Assembly: GCA_002423615.1 (NCBI GenBank)
Contig: DIKO01000049.1
Span: 40,264 to 104,263, forward strand
DNA from: Desulfobacteraceae bacterium UBA5616
Lineage (GTDB): Bacteria > Desulfobacterota > Desulfobacteria > Desulfobacterales > UBA5616
Reading direction: 5' to 3'
DNA: 64,000 nt
The position numbers were made by a program, and so were the translations under genes. Positions within the stretch are counted from its first letter, which is position 1. Each line of letters begins with the position of its first letter. Shown here piece by piece: positions 52,354 through 61,716 of the stretch. The notes beneath the pieces were generated by a model, which was not told the origin of the DNA, did no database searches, and worked only from the letters and a program-made list of their open reading frames with translations.

Positions 52354-53406
52354 TTATGCGCTTTTGGCCTGGGCCAGACCCAGATCCGCCAGCGGTTCGG
52401 CCATGGCTGAGGTTTCCCGGGCCTGCTGGCTGGCTGCGGTCCCGTCCTTCACCCGGCCCATGATGCCGAAGACAATGGCGGAAACACGGAACAGGTTAAA
52501 CGCCATATAGTAGTTCCAGTTCTTAATCTCTTTTATCCCGGTCCGGCGGCAATACGCCGCGACATAATCTTCTTCAGTAGGAATATTAAGGGATTTCAAA
52601 TCCAGACCGGCCAGTCCCCGTCCTTCACCGGCAGGCATCCGCCAGCTCATGCAGTGATAACAGAAGTCCGACAGAGGGTGGCCCAGGGTGGAAATTTCCC
52701 AGTCCAGGATGGCCAGGATTCTGGGTTGCGTCGGATGATAAATGATGTTGTCGATCCGGTAGTCCCCGTGGACAATGGCGGTTTGATCATCTTCGGGGAT
52801 GTTCCGGTTCAACCAGTCGATGAGCTCATCCATGGGCGGATAGCCGCTGTCCACCGATGCCTGGTACTGTTTGGTCCAGCGGGAAAGCTGGCGGGCAAAA
52901 TAATTGCCTTTTTTCCCGAAGTCCTCAATGCCTATGGATTTGTAGTCCACTTTGTGGAGTCCGGCGATGGCCTCGTTCATGGCGTCGAACAGGGCGGCCC
53001 TTTCTTCAAGCGGCGCATCTTCATAGGTCCAGAAAATGCGGCCTTCCACATCGTCCATGATGTAAAACCAACTGCCGATCACCGAATCATCCGTACACAG
53101 GGCATAGGTCCGGGCGACCGGCACATCGGTCCGGGCCAGTGCGGTGATGACCCGGTATTCCCGGTCCACGGCATGGGCCGATTTCAACAGCTTCCCCAAG
53201 GGTTTCCGGCGGAGAACGTATTTCCGGGAAGGCGTTACGATCTGGTACGTGGGGTTGGACTGGCCTCCCCTGAACTGCCTTATTCCAACCGGTCCCGCAA
53301 AGCCCTGCACATGCTCGGTCATGTATTTTTCAAGCGCTTTTTCATCAATTTCATACCCGCTTCTCACAGGTCCGGTTCCGGAAAATGCAACTTGTCGTTC
53401 GGTCAT
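52354..53406 (-). CDS. APH-like phosphotransferase (ACAD10/11 N-terminal kinase-domain type)
   Basis: IRQFRGGQSNPTYQI...YVLRRKP, then HGDYRIDNIIY (catalytic loop) and ILDWE. Confidence 0.8.
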   Translation of the reverse strand: MTERQVAFSGTGPVRSGYEIDEKALEKYMTEHVQGFAGPVGIRQFRGGQSNPTYQIVTPSRKYVLRRKPLGKLLKSAHAVDREYRVITALARTDVPVARTYALCTDDSVIGSWFYIMDDVEGRIFWTYEDAPLEERAALFDAMNEAIAGLHKVDYKSIGIEDFGKKGNYFARQLSRWTKQYQASVDSGYPPMDELIDWLNRNIPEDDQTAIVHGDYRIDNIIYHPTQPRILAILDWEISTLGHPLSDFCYHCMSWRMPAGEGRGLAGLDLKSLNIPTEEDYVAAYCRRTGIKEIKNWNYYMAFNLFRVSAIVFGIMGRVKDGTAASQQARETSAMAEPLADLGLAQAKSA

Positions 53407-53449
53407 TGTTTGCTCCTATCCGGGCACTCTCCCATCAAGGGGAGGAAAA

Positions 53450-55477
53450 TTAAGGTGTAACCACCGGAAAATCGGCGTCCACCGGTTCGATAACATCGGC
53501 AAGGGCTTCAAAAAGGCTTGAATCGCCATCCATCACGATATCTCCTTTCGCCGCCTTTATGCCGATGGGTGCTTTAGCGAAAAGCGTCATCAACAGGTCG
53601 GGAAAGGTACATCTTACGGTTGCCCCGGCTTCGGGATCCACAATATCCTGTTCATGAATCAAAACACCGTTCTCAACGGTGATCAGGTGGCGCTCCTTTC
53701 GGTCGGTCAGTTCGATGTTCAGCTTGAAAGGCCGGGATATGGCTTTATCAGGGTTAATCCGCACGGCGGCAAAATCAAATATCATGGGTGTGGGCGTGGC
53801 GGCTATCAAATCTTTGGCGATCATGCCGGCAGGCGTCTTCAAAACACCGGTGCGCAACTCCTGGGCGCCGGTGAGATAAATGTTGCGCCATGTGCCTGCT
53901 TCACATTGAAACCCAAGCTGCGTGTACACGTCGGCAAGCTGATCCCTGGCCGGCTTATTTGTTTTATCGGCGAATACGACATGGTTTAACAACATGGCGG
54001 CCCAGCGGTATTCCCCCTTTTCGACGGCGCTGTTAGCCAGATCCATGACTTTTTTTGCTCCGCCCATGGCTTCCGTGTAACGTTTGGCCGCGGGTTCAGG
54101 AGGCAAAGGCCAAAGGTTCGCCGGATTCGCATCATACCAGCCCATGTACCGCTGATAAACCGCCTTGGCGTTGTGGCTCATGGTGCCGTAATAGCCGCGG
54201 TTATACCACTGTCTGGCCAGCACATCGGGAAGCTCCAGGACCTCGGCGATTTCCGAACCGGTCAGGCCGGCGTTCATCAGCCGGACGGATTGATCATGCA
54301 GGAATTTATAGGCATCCCGGTGGAGGCTCAAAAAATCGACGATTTCTTTTTGTCCGAAACGGGGTATTCCGTGGGCTGCGAACATAATATCGCTTTTATC
54401 CGCGAAAAGACGGATGGATTCGGTCAAATAGTCCGCCCACGCCTTGGCATCCCTGACAAGCGCGCCTCTTGCGGGCAGAAAATTGTGCATGGTCAGATTG
54501 GCATTTTCCGCCATGAAGACCGCCCGGAACTGAGGGAGATAGAAATTCATTTCCGCAGGCGCCTCTGTTCCGGGCGTGACCTGAAAAACCAGTTTAACAT
54601 CGCCGATGGTGATCTCCCGGCCGGTTTTTTTAATGATAATGGTAGGAGCGATCAGGCTGACGGTTCCGTGAGGGATCCCCGGTCCGAGTCCGGAGGTAAC
54701 TTCACCTTCCGGGCCCCTGGGCAGGGTCCCGCCGATCTGGAAGCGAACCCGCCGGTTCATGGCAGGTCCGGCAATCACGTTCTCCGAAATGGCATGCTCC
54801 ATGAAGCCATCGGGTGCAATCACCTTTACTTTTCCTGAATCAACATCCTCATGGGAAGTAACCCCCAGAACACCACCGAAATGGTCTCCGTGGGTGTGGG
54901 AATAAATCACCGCCAGCACCGGTTTTTCGCCCAGATTCGCGGTGACCAGATCAAATGCGGCCCGGGCCGGTTCCACCACCGTTAAGGGGTCCACAACGAT
55001 CCAGCCGCTGCCGGCGTCGATGAAGGATACGGTGGAGATATCAAACCCCCGCACCTGGTAGATCCTGTCGGCAACCTTGAACAGTCCGTGTCTGGTCAGA
55101 ATTTTAGCATGACGCCAGAGACTGGGATTCACGGTGTTCGATGTCGGGCCTTTTAAAAAATCATAGGAAGACAGATCACTGACAACCTCGCCCTTGGCAT
55201 TTCGTATGAGCGGGTCCGTTCGTGTGGCGATAAATCCCCGTTCCGCAAATTCAAAATCCTTTTGATCATCAGCCTCCACGAGTTGACGGACTTCGGTCAT
55301 CGCGAGTTTTGATGCTTCTGACAGGGCTTGTTCAGGGGGTGCCGGAATCTCGGGTTTCCCTGCAAAATTGATTTGGGCGATCATGCCCCGAAATGCATAA
55401 GCCCCGGCAGCGATCAAAACCATTGCGGAAAGCCCGCCGATGAAAATCCCCAGCCAAAATTTGCCTTTCAGCATCAT
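53450..55477 (-). CDS. Alkyl/aryl sulfatase (MBL fold + dimerisation + SCP2-like domains; SdsA1/YjcS type), N-terminal anchor or signal
   Basis: YSHTHGDHFGG is the MBL metal motif. WADYL..., NAKAVYQRYMGWYDANPANL is typical of the alkyl sulfatase dimerisation domain. The protein is 675 aa with the hydrophobic N-terminus FWLGIFIGGLSAMVLIAAGAYAF. Confidence 0.8.
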   Translation of the reverse strand: MMLKGKFWLGIFIGGLSAMVLIAAGAYAFRGMIAQINFAGKPEIPAPPEQALSEASKLAMTEVRQLVEADDQKDFEFAERGFIATRTDPLIRNAKGEVVSDLSSYDFLKGPTSNTVNPSLWRHAKILTRHGLFKVADRIYQVRGFDISTVSFIDAGSGWIVVDPLTVVEPARAAFDLVTANLGEKPVLAVIYSHTHGDHFGGVLGVTSHEDVDSGKVKVIAPDGFMEHAISENVIAGPAMNRRVRFQIGGTLPRGPEGEVTSGLGPGIPHGTVSLIAPTIIIKKTGREITIGDVKLVFQVTPGTEAPAEMNFYLPQFRAVFMAENANLTMHNFLPARGALVRDAKAWADYLTESIRLFADKSDIMFAAHGIPRFGQKEIVDFLSLHRDAYKFLHDQSVRLMNAGLTGSEIAEVLELPDVLARQWYNRGYYGTMSHNAKAVYQRYMGWYDANPANLWPLPPEPAAKRYTEAMGGAKKVMDLANSAVEKGEYRWAAMLLNHVVFADKTNKPARDQLADVYTQLGFQCEAGTWRNIYLTGAQELRTGVLKTPAGMIAKDLIAATPTPMIFDFAAVRINPDKAISRPFKLNIELTDRKERHLITVENGVLIHEQDIVDPEAGATVRCTFPDLLMTLFAKAPIGIKAAKGDIVMDGDSSLFEALADVIEPVDADFPVVTP

Positions 55478-55515
55478 AATTACCTTTTATTTCGGTTCTT
55501 TCGGATGTCAGACCT

Positions 55516-56814
55516 TTATTCACTAAATGCCTGGGACATCGGGTCATTTTTTCCTTCCGGGAAATACTGGATCGTGGCGTCGGGAATGACGACGACTTTG
55601 GCGTTATCGCCGTGGGTCGCCCGGAGACCTGAAATAACCTCATCCCAGTTGCGAAGGGTTTCGCTTTCTTTTAATCCCAGCCATTGTTCCCCGGCTTTAT
55701 CTCCGAGGGGGGCATAAATGATCATCCGGTTTAAACCCGGAATCTGGCTGACGGCGGGAAGTCCCTGGTAATGGCGTCCGCCGAGGTTTTTCCCGAAAAC
55801 ACCGTAAATATAATGGGTCACCTGGCCTTCCGGAGCGCTGACGATCATGATAAAGTCTTTTTTCGGGGGGACGAAGAAAAACGGAAGACAAGCCGGCAAG
55901 GCCAGTAGTGCTTCGCTGCCCTTGGCGTAGCAGTTGGCAACGATGATGTCGGCATCCGGCAGCATTTTGGTGGCATAGTGGGACTCGGCTGCGGCCGCTC
56001 CGGCCAGATAGGCTGCTTCCACGTCTCCGACGAAAAGGGCGGTATTCTGACGCCGGCCGTTGACCAGGGAGTTGATGATCATATCCATACCGGCGATTCG
56101 CGCCGCTTCCACCATGTCCAGCCGCATGACATTCTGTTTGTATTTGCCCAGGGCGATTTCAGATCCCAGAGAAGTCTGCATGGCGGTATACCGAAGCGAT
56201 TCGTGGTTCGCCTCGATGGTTTCCATGGAACATACACCGGGCAGCAGAATCTTGGCGCCGCCCCCGAATCCCGTGTACAGGTGAGGAACAATGGACCCCA
56301 TGCCGATCTTCAGGTCGCATTTGGCCACCTCGGCATTGATGAAGACCCGGGTCGCCCGGCTGGTTTTCCCCATGAGGGTGCAGTTCTCATAGACATTGTG
56401 ATTGTAAACAGGGTAACGGCCGACGGTATCCTCCCCCAGTTTCTTTACGAAGTCCGTCCGGGTGTAGGCGCCGTGTGCGCCCAGGCCCATGACGAAACGG
56501 ATGCAGTCGTCCTGTATGCCCCCGGCTTTCAGTTCTTGGAGCAATATGGGGATTATCGCGTCCATGCGGGTGGGCCGGGTCATGTCATCTATGATAATAG
56601 CCGCCTCATGGCGGTCCTTTGCCAGTTCCCGGATGGGTTTTGCGCCGATGGGTTCGGCAAATGCCTTTCGGATGCCGGCTTCATCCAGCTCAGGGGCACG
56701 ATGGCCGTTCATTTCACAGGAGACGACGTCCCAGGATGCGGGAAATAACAGCTCCACGGGAATATCCCCGTGCCAGGCACGGGTTTGAACGGTTACGGAT
56801 TTGGTATCATACAT
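55516..56814 (-). CDS. LarA-like (lactate racemase / 2-hydroxyacid racemase family, DUF2088) protein
   Basis: IIIDDMTRPTRMDAIIPILL, GLGAHG and GFGGGAKILLPGV match LarA-family blocks. Confidence 0.7.
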   Translation of the reverse strand: MYDTKSVTVQTRAWHGDIPVELLFPASWDVVSCEMNGHRAPELDEAGIRKAFAEPIGAKPIRELAKDRHEAAIIIDDMTRPTRMDAIIPILLQELKAGGIQDDCIRFVMGLGAHGAYTRTDFVKKLGEDTVGRYPVYNHNVYENCTLMGKTSRATRVFINAEVAKCDLKIGMGSIVPHLYTGFGGGAKILLPGVCSMETIEANHESLRYTAMQTSLGSEIALGKYKQNVMRLDMVEAARIAGMDMIINSLVNGRRQNTALFVGDVEAAYLAGAAAAESHYATKMLPDADIIVANCYAKGSEALLALPACLPFFFVPPKKDFIMIVSAPEGQVTHYIYGVFGKNLGGRHYQGLPAVSQIPGLNRMIIYAPLGDKAGEQWLGLKESETLRNWDEVISGLRATHGDNAKVVVIPDATIQYFPEGKNDPMSQAFSE

Positions 56815-56829
56815 GGCGATCGTCCTCCT

Positions 56830-58081
56830 TTATTTTTGAAGTGCGCCTTCATGAAGCGTCGTGACGGTATTGATGTAGCGTTTCATCTGACTCAGCAGAT
56901 TTTGATGCTCAGGCGTTTTTCAAATTTTTTTCCGCCGCTGGAGCTCATTCTCGTCGACCAGAAGATCCAGGCGGCGGTTGGGGATGTCGATACGAATCTT
57001 ATCTCCATCTTCGACCAGGGCTAAAGGCCCTCCGTCATAAGCCTCGGGGGTGATGTGGCAGACCATGGCACCCCGGTTTGAACCGGAAAGCCTGCCGTCG
57101 GTGATCATGCCGATATGATCCGCGTTAAGAGCATTCAACATGTAAGGCAAAAGGCTGATCTCCCTGCCGCCGGGCCCGCCCCTAAGCCCCTCATAGCGGG
57201 CGACTACGATATCGCCGTTCTTCACCCGTCCTCCCATGACGGCCCAAGCCGCCTGATCCGCGTCGGAAAAGCACCTGGCCGTGCCCTTAAAGACCATGCA
57301 GTCCGGTGGAAACGGCCACGCGAAGAGCGTTTTCAAAGGTATTGGCCGTCATGATGTCCCTGGGCCGGAGATTTTCATGGATCATTTCCACGATGCGCAT
57401 GCCGGATTTTTTGGCAAGACCCGGTTTTCTCGAATCCACCGCATGGATCGTGGCGCAGGAGGGCAGGGTGATGCCGATGGCTTCGGCGAAGATGGCCATG
57501 GAATTGGCCGTGTACATGCCCTGGCAGGAGCCCACGGTGGGAAAGGCCTGGGCCATTAATTCCGCTTTTTCCCCGGGGGTGAATTTCGCCTTTCCCAGGA
57601 GTTCCGCCATGCGGCAGTCCACATAATCCGACAGCACGAAATTTTTACCGTTACCGCATCCGGGCTGCATGGGGCCGGATGTCACCAGGATGCCGGGGAT
57701 GTTCAACCGGGCCAGGGCCATCATCTGACCCGGCACGATCTTGTCGCAGCCGGATAACAGCACCATGCCGTCGAGCTGGTGGGATTCGATGAGGATTTCG
57801 ATGGAATCGGCAATGTGGTTTCGCATGGCCATCTGGTATTTCCCGGTGGCCACCCCGTCGCACATGGCGATGCAGGGAAATTCCAGGGGGACACCTCCGG
57901 CCATCCGGATCCCGGTTTTCACCATGTCGGTCAATATTCTCAGGTTCATGTGACCGGGAACGATCTCGCTGAAAGCGTTGATCACCCCCACCATGGGTTT
58001 CCCAACCTCGTCTTCAGTAAACCCGCAGGCATACATCAGCCCGTTTAATTCGGAAAATCGCTGTTTGCTGCGTAACTCCAT
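56830..58081 (-). pseudogene. ilvD: Decayed IlvD/Edd-family dehydratase gene (internal deletion with frameshift, plus an in-frame TGA)
   Basis: The N-part (58081..57287) has GVINAFSEIVPGH, CDG, LLSGCDKIVPG and SCQGMYTANSM, and stops at ...AVSTGLHGL*. The C-part, in another frame (57336..56920), has FKGTARCFSD...VARYEGLRGGPG...ITDGRLSG...DIPNRRLDLLV...ELQRRKKI*. After that TGA the same frame continues KTPEHQNLLSQMKRYINTVTTLHEGALQK* to 56830. About 150 central residues are missing. Confidence 0.7.
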
Positions 58082-58194
58082 TTGCGGTAACCTTTTTTGT
58101 TATGTGTCGGGATATGAATCCCGACCTGGGGAAAGGACTCAGCAGATCATTGTGGGTCGGGTTTCCAAATCCGAAAACATTCCCCCAATTTTAT

Positions 58195-58860
58195 TTACCC
58201 CACCATGATCACGATCAACTTCCGGGGGCCGTGCATGCCCTTGAACATCTGTCCCTGGATGTCGGCCGTCATGCTGGGTCCGGTGATAAAACACAGCTGG
58301 GATGGACTTTGACCGTTTAAGAAAACACTTTCCATCACGCTCTCATATACGGGCACCACATTCTTGGCCTCCACCACGGCGATATGCAGGGCCGGTGCAA
58401 GCGAAAGTAGTCTGGCATTGCTTTTGTCATGGATGATGGCGAGGGTTCCGGATTCAGCGACGGCGAAATCCGCGGCGGTCATACCGGCGTCGGCATGGTT
58501 GAAAACAGTATCCTGGTAATCTTTTCGGTCTTTAAAATCATGGGGAAAAGATACGGAAACGCCTTGGTCTGCCCCCCAGAGTTTCAGATTCAGGGCTGTT
58601 ATCAATCCATCTTCAGAAGCTATGACGTTTTTCAGGCCTTCCTGCCTGACGAGATTTGAAAGTATTTCCAAAACCCCCGTCGTGTCTGCCGTACGGTAAA
58701 AAACACCTGTTTGTTCCCCCAGTTTGGCGGCGAATTTTTCGATCCATTCTTCCCGGGTCATGGCGGCTTCATAAGGCGGCGGCAACTGAATTCTTTTCGG
58801 AACTTCCATTGACCGGGCCATTCTCAACTGCCGCAGAATCGCATCCCGTGTACCTTCCAT
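58195..58860 (-). CDS. lutC: LUD-domain protein LutC (lactate utilisation)
   Basis: 221 aa with LUD-domain character (AESGTLAI..., FITGPSMTADI). It is positioned after lutB. Confidence 0.75.
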   Translation of the reverse strand: MEGTRDAILRQLRMARSMEVPKRIQLPPPYEAAMTREEWIEKFAAKLGEQTGVFYRTADTTGVLEILSNLVRQEGLKNVIASEDGLITALNLKLWGADQGVSVSFPHDFKDRKDYQDTVFNHADAGMTAADFAVAESGTLAIIHDKSNARLLSLAPALHIAVVEAKNVVPVYESVMESVFLNGQSPSQLCFITGPSMTADIQGQMFKGMHGPRKLIVIMVG

Positions 58861-58878
58861 TTTTTTACCTTTCCCGGC

Positions 58879-60333
58879 TCAGTTTTCGAGCACAGCTTTT
58901 GGCGGGTTGTTTTCTATTTCCTTCCATCTTTCATGAAAGGTTTTATCGCCCATCTGCGGAAAATCCCGTCCAGCAAGCCAGGTTTCCAGGGGTCCCGGAC
59001 CTTTTGAGAGTTTGCCGTCCTGAGCGTTCCGATTCAGAACCGTACGGATGATTTTTGAGGTCAACTTCCAGAGCGTGGGGTTGGATGCGATAACGGAGAA
59101 GGCCTTGTAGGCCATGTCTTCGGTGAATGGCGGGGGCACGGCATCCAGTGATTTTTCGCCCTGAACCTCCATTTCCCTCAGATAATGAAGGACTCTGGGG
59201 TGATCTATCCCCGCAGGGCAGTTGGCTTTGCAGGCGCCGCATCCCGTGCAGGCCCAGATATGGTCATGGCACCCGGAAAGACCCAGGAGCAGGGGCGTCA
59301 GCAGTTGGCCCATGGGCCCGGAATAGACCCAGCCGTAAGGAAATCCGCCGATGATACCGAAAACCGGGCAGATGTTCAGGCATCCTCCGCAGCGGATACA
59401 CTGCAGGGCCTGCCGGGTTTTTACATTTTGATACAGGCGTGTCCTGCCGTTGTCCAGGATGATGATATGCAGCTCATCAGGACCGTCCATCTCGTCCTTT
59501 TTCCTGGGGCCCGTGTCCATGGAGGCATAAGCGCCGATATGCTGACCGGTGCAGTTTCGGGAAACCAGACGCAGCATATGCATGGCGTCTTTCAGATTAG
59601 GGATCACCTTTTCCAGGGTCATGACGGAAACCTGAATCTTCGGTGATGATTTATTGAAGCGGATGTTGCCTTCATTTTCCACGTTGATGATGGTCCCGGT
59701 TTCGGCAACGGCAAAATTTATGCCGGTGATCCCCATTTTCATCCTTGAAAAACGATCCCTTAAATACAGCCTGGCCGCATACCCCAGTTCCCTGGGATCC
59801 ACCGTGGGGTTTTCCATGATGCCCTTTTCAATGAAAATATCCCGTATTTCAGGGGGAGGTACATTGGCTGCCGGCCCTACAATGTGAAAAGGAGGACGTT
59901 TCAGCAGCTGCGCGATGAATTCCCCCAGGTCTGTTTCATAGACCTCGATTCCGTTTTTTTCCAGAACTTCATTTATGCCCATTTCTTCGGTGACCATGGA
60001 TTTACCCTTGGTAACAAAGTCCACCTGGTTATTCCGGGCCAGTTCAAGGATATATGCGTTTGCGGCATGGGCATCACCGGCCCAGAAAACCTTGGCGCCG
60101 GCTTTAAGGGCATTTTTTTCAAACTGTTCAAGCAATTCGGGAAGTCTTGAAAGGGCTTCGGCCCGGATGATGCCACCCAGGCGCTGAGCCGCCTCAGGGT
60201 CGGGGAAGGACGCCATGGCCAATTGCCTGAGTGATGAAAGGACCACGGGCAAGAGGTCAAGGAATATGCGGGAATTGGGATTGTTGAGTTCCTGTCTGGC
60301 AACCGCTTTGAATTGTCGGGTCTTGATTTCCAT
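58879..60333 (-). CDS. lutB: Iron-sulfur lactate utilisation protein LutB
   Basis: LUD domain plus CIRCGGCLNICPV and CTGCGACKANCPAGI ferredoxin motifs. Length 484 aa. Confidence 0.85.
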   Translation of the reverse strand: MEIKTRQFKAVARQELNNPNSRIFLDLLPVVLSSLRQLAMASFPDPEAAQRLGGIIRAEALSRLPELLEQFEKNALKAGAKVFWAGDAHAANAYILELARNNQVDFVTKGKSMVTEEMGINEVLEKNGIEVYETDLGEFIAQLLKRPPFHIVGPAANVPPPEIRDIFIEKGIMENPTVDPRELGYAARLYLRDRFSRMKMGITGINFAVAETGTIINVENEGNIRFNKSSPKIQVSVMTLEKVIPNLKDAMHMLRLVSRNCTGQHIGAYASMDTGPRKKDEMDGPDELHIIILDNGRTRLYQNVKTRQALQCIRCGGCLNICPVFGIIGGFPYGWVYSGPMGQLLTPLLLGLSGCHDHIWACTGCGACKANCPAGIDHPRVLHYLREMEVQGEKSLDAVPPPFTEDMAYKAFSVIASNPTLWKLTSKIIRTVLNRNAQDGKLSKGPGPLETWLAGRDFPQMGDKTFHERWKEIENNPPKAVLEN

Positions 60334-60348
60334 GGGATGACTTCCCCT

Positions 60349-61077
60349 CTAGTTTTGTTTTCCGGCAAGAAATTCGGCGATATGCATGGCCTTATGTTCG
60401 GGATGGTTCCGTGAAAGGTACCCGTTGATGTTCAGAAAGCAGCCGGGCTCGGAGATGACGAGAAGATCGGCTTTTGATGCGATGTAGTGAACGGCCTTTT
60501 CCTTGACCAGGGCTTCGGAAATATCGGCGTAAGTCACTGAAAAATGGCCGCCGAACCCGCAACAGACCGCAGCCCCGTTCAACGGGACCAGTTCCGTTCC
60601 GTTAACGGCCCTTATGAGGGTTTTGGGCTGTTCCACAACGCCCAGTTCCCGTGAGAGTTGGCAGGATTCGTGGTAGGCGACCTTACCCGAAAAGCTTGCT
60701 CCCACGTCGGCGATTCCCATGATATCCACGATAAACTCGGATAGCTCGAATATCCGTTCCGCAACAGCCTGCGCCCTTTTCAGCCACGCCGGATCATCGG
60801 CCAGAAGCTCCGGATAGTGTTTTTTTACCATGACCACGCAGGAACCAGATGGGCAGACAATGGTCTCGTCATTTTCGAAGATCTCGATAAACCGTTTGGC
60901 GAGCTTGACGGCCTCGGGGTTGCGCCCGCCGTGGAAGGCGGGTTGTCCGCAGCAGGTCTGGGCATCGTGGTAGACCAGGGAAAGCCCCAGACGCTTTAAA
61001 AGCCGGGCCATTGCCTCGCCAATATCCGGCAGGAACAGATCCACGATGCAGGGGACAAACAGGGATACGGTTTTCAT
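60349..61077 (-). CDS. lutA: (Fe-S)-binding CCG-domain oxidoreductase LutA
   Basis: Two CCG motifs are present (TCCGQPAF and VCCGFGG). The N-terminus VSLFVPCIVD is typical of LutA/GlpC-like proteins. Confidence 0.85.
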   Translation of the reverse strand: MKTVSLFVPCIVDLFLPDIGEAMARLLKRLGLSLVYHDAQTCCGQPAFHGGRNPEAVKLAKRFIEIFENDETIVCPSGSCVVMVKKHYPELLADDPAWLKRAQAVAERIFELSEFIVDIMGIADVGASFSGKVAYHESCQLSRELGVVEQPKTLIRAVNGTELVPLNGAAVCCGFGGHFSVTYADISEALVKEKAVHYIASKADLLVISEPGCFLNINGYLSRNHPEHKAMHIAEFLAGKQN

Positions 61078-61083
61078 GTTCGT

Positions 61084-61713
61084 CTACCTCCCGTTCCGGG
61101 CGATCATCTCGATTCCCTTGTCATAGGCCGCCAGATTGACCTGGACCTTTTCCCCGGAAAACGTCAGGCCGATGGCGTTTTCAAAGTCTTCCCGGTCCAG
61201 GGGAAGTTCATTCAGCCCGGCCAGGGCGCCGATGAGAATGATATTTCCCAGAATGGCGGCACCCATTTCCATGGCGACATCGGTGGCGTCCAGAAACCAG
61301 GCGTCCCGGGAGAGTTCCCGGATCCAGTTTTTGGCGTCTTCCAGGTCCGGGTAGGAAGGCTCGCCGGAAATGACCTGGACCGGATGGATGGGCCTCATGT
61401 TGCAGATGGTTTTAACATCCGGGTTGCCGTAAGTCCCCAGGACCCGGAGGGTATCCGTGGGCTCCAGTCCGATGATCATGTCGGCTTTTCCCCTGGGGAT
61501 CAGGGGAGAAAAGGCGGATCCGGAGGATATTCTCAAATGGCTCATCACTGAGCCCCCCCGCTGGGTACCCCCGAAAGTTTCCCCGATGGTGACGGTCAAC
61601 CCTTTCCGGGAGAGCATATTCCCCACGACCCGGCTGGCCAGAACATTTCCCTGGCCGCCGACACCGGCAATGATCAGGTTGTATGGATCTTGTGAAAGCT
61701 GGATGTTCGTCAT
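61084..61713 (-). CDS. iorB: Indolepyruvate (aryl 2-oxoacid):ferredoxin oxidoreductase beta subunit
   Basis: YNLIIAGVGGQGNVLASRVVG...GETFGGTQRGGSV is typical of the IorB/gamma family. Length 209 aa. Confidence 0.8.
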   Translation of the reverse strand: MTNIQLSQDPYNLIIAGVGGQGNVLASRVVGNMLSRKGLTVTIGETFGGTQRGGSVMSHLRISSGSAFSPLIPRGKADMIIGLEPTDTLRVLGTYGNPDVKTICNMRPIHPVQVISGEPSYPDLEDAKNWIRELSRDAWFLDATDVAMEMGAAILGNIILIGALAGLNELPLDREDFENAIGLTFSGEKVQVNLAAYDKGIEMIARNGR

Positions 61714-61716
61714 GGC

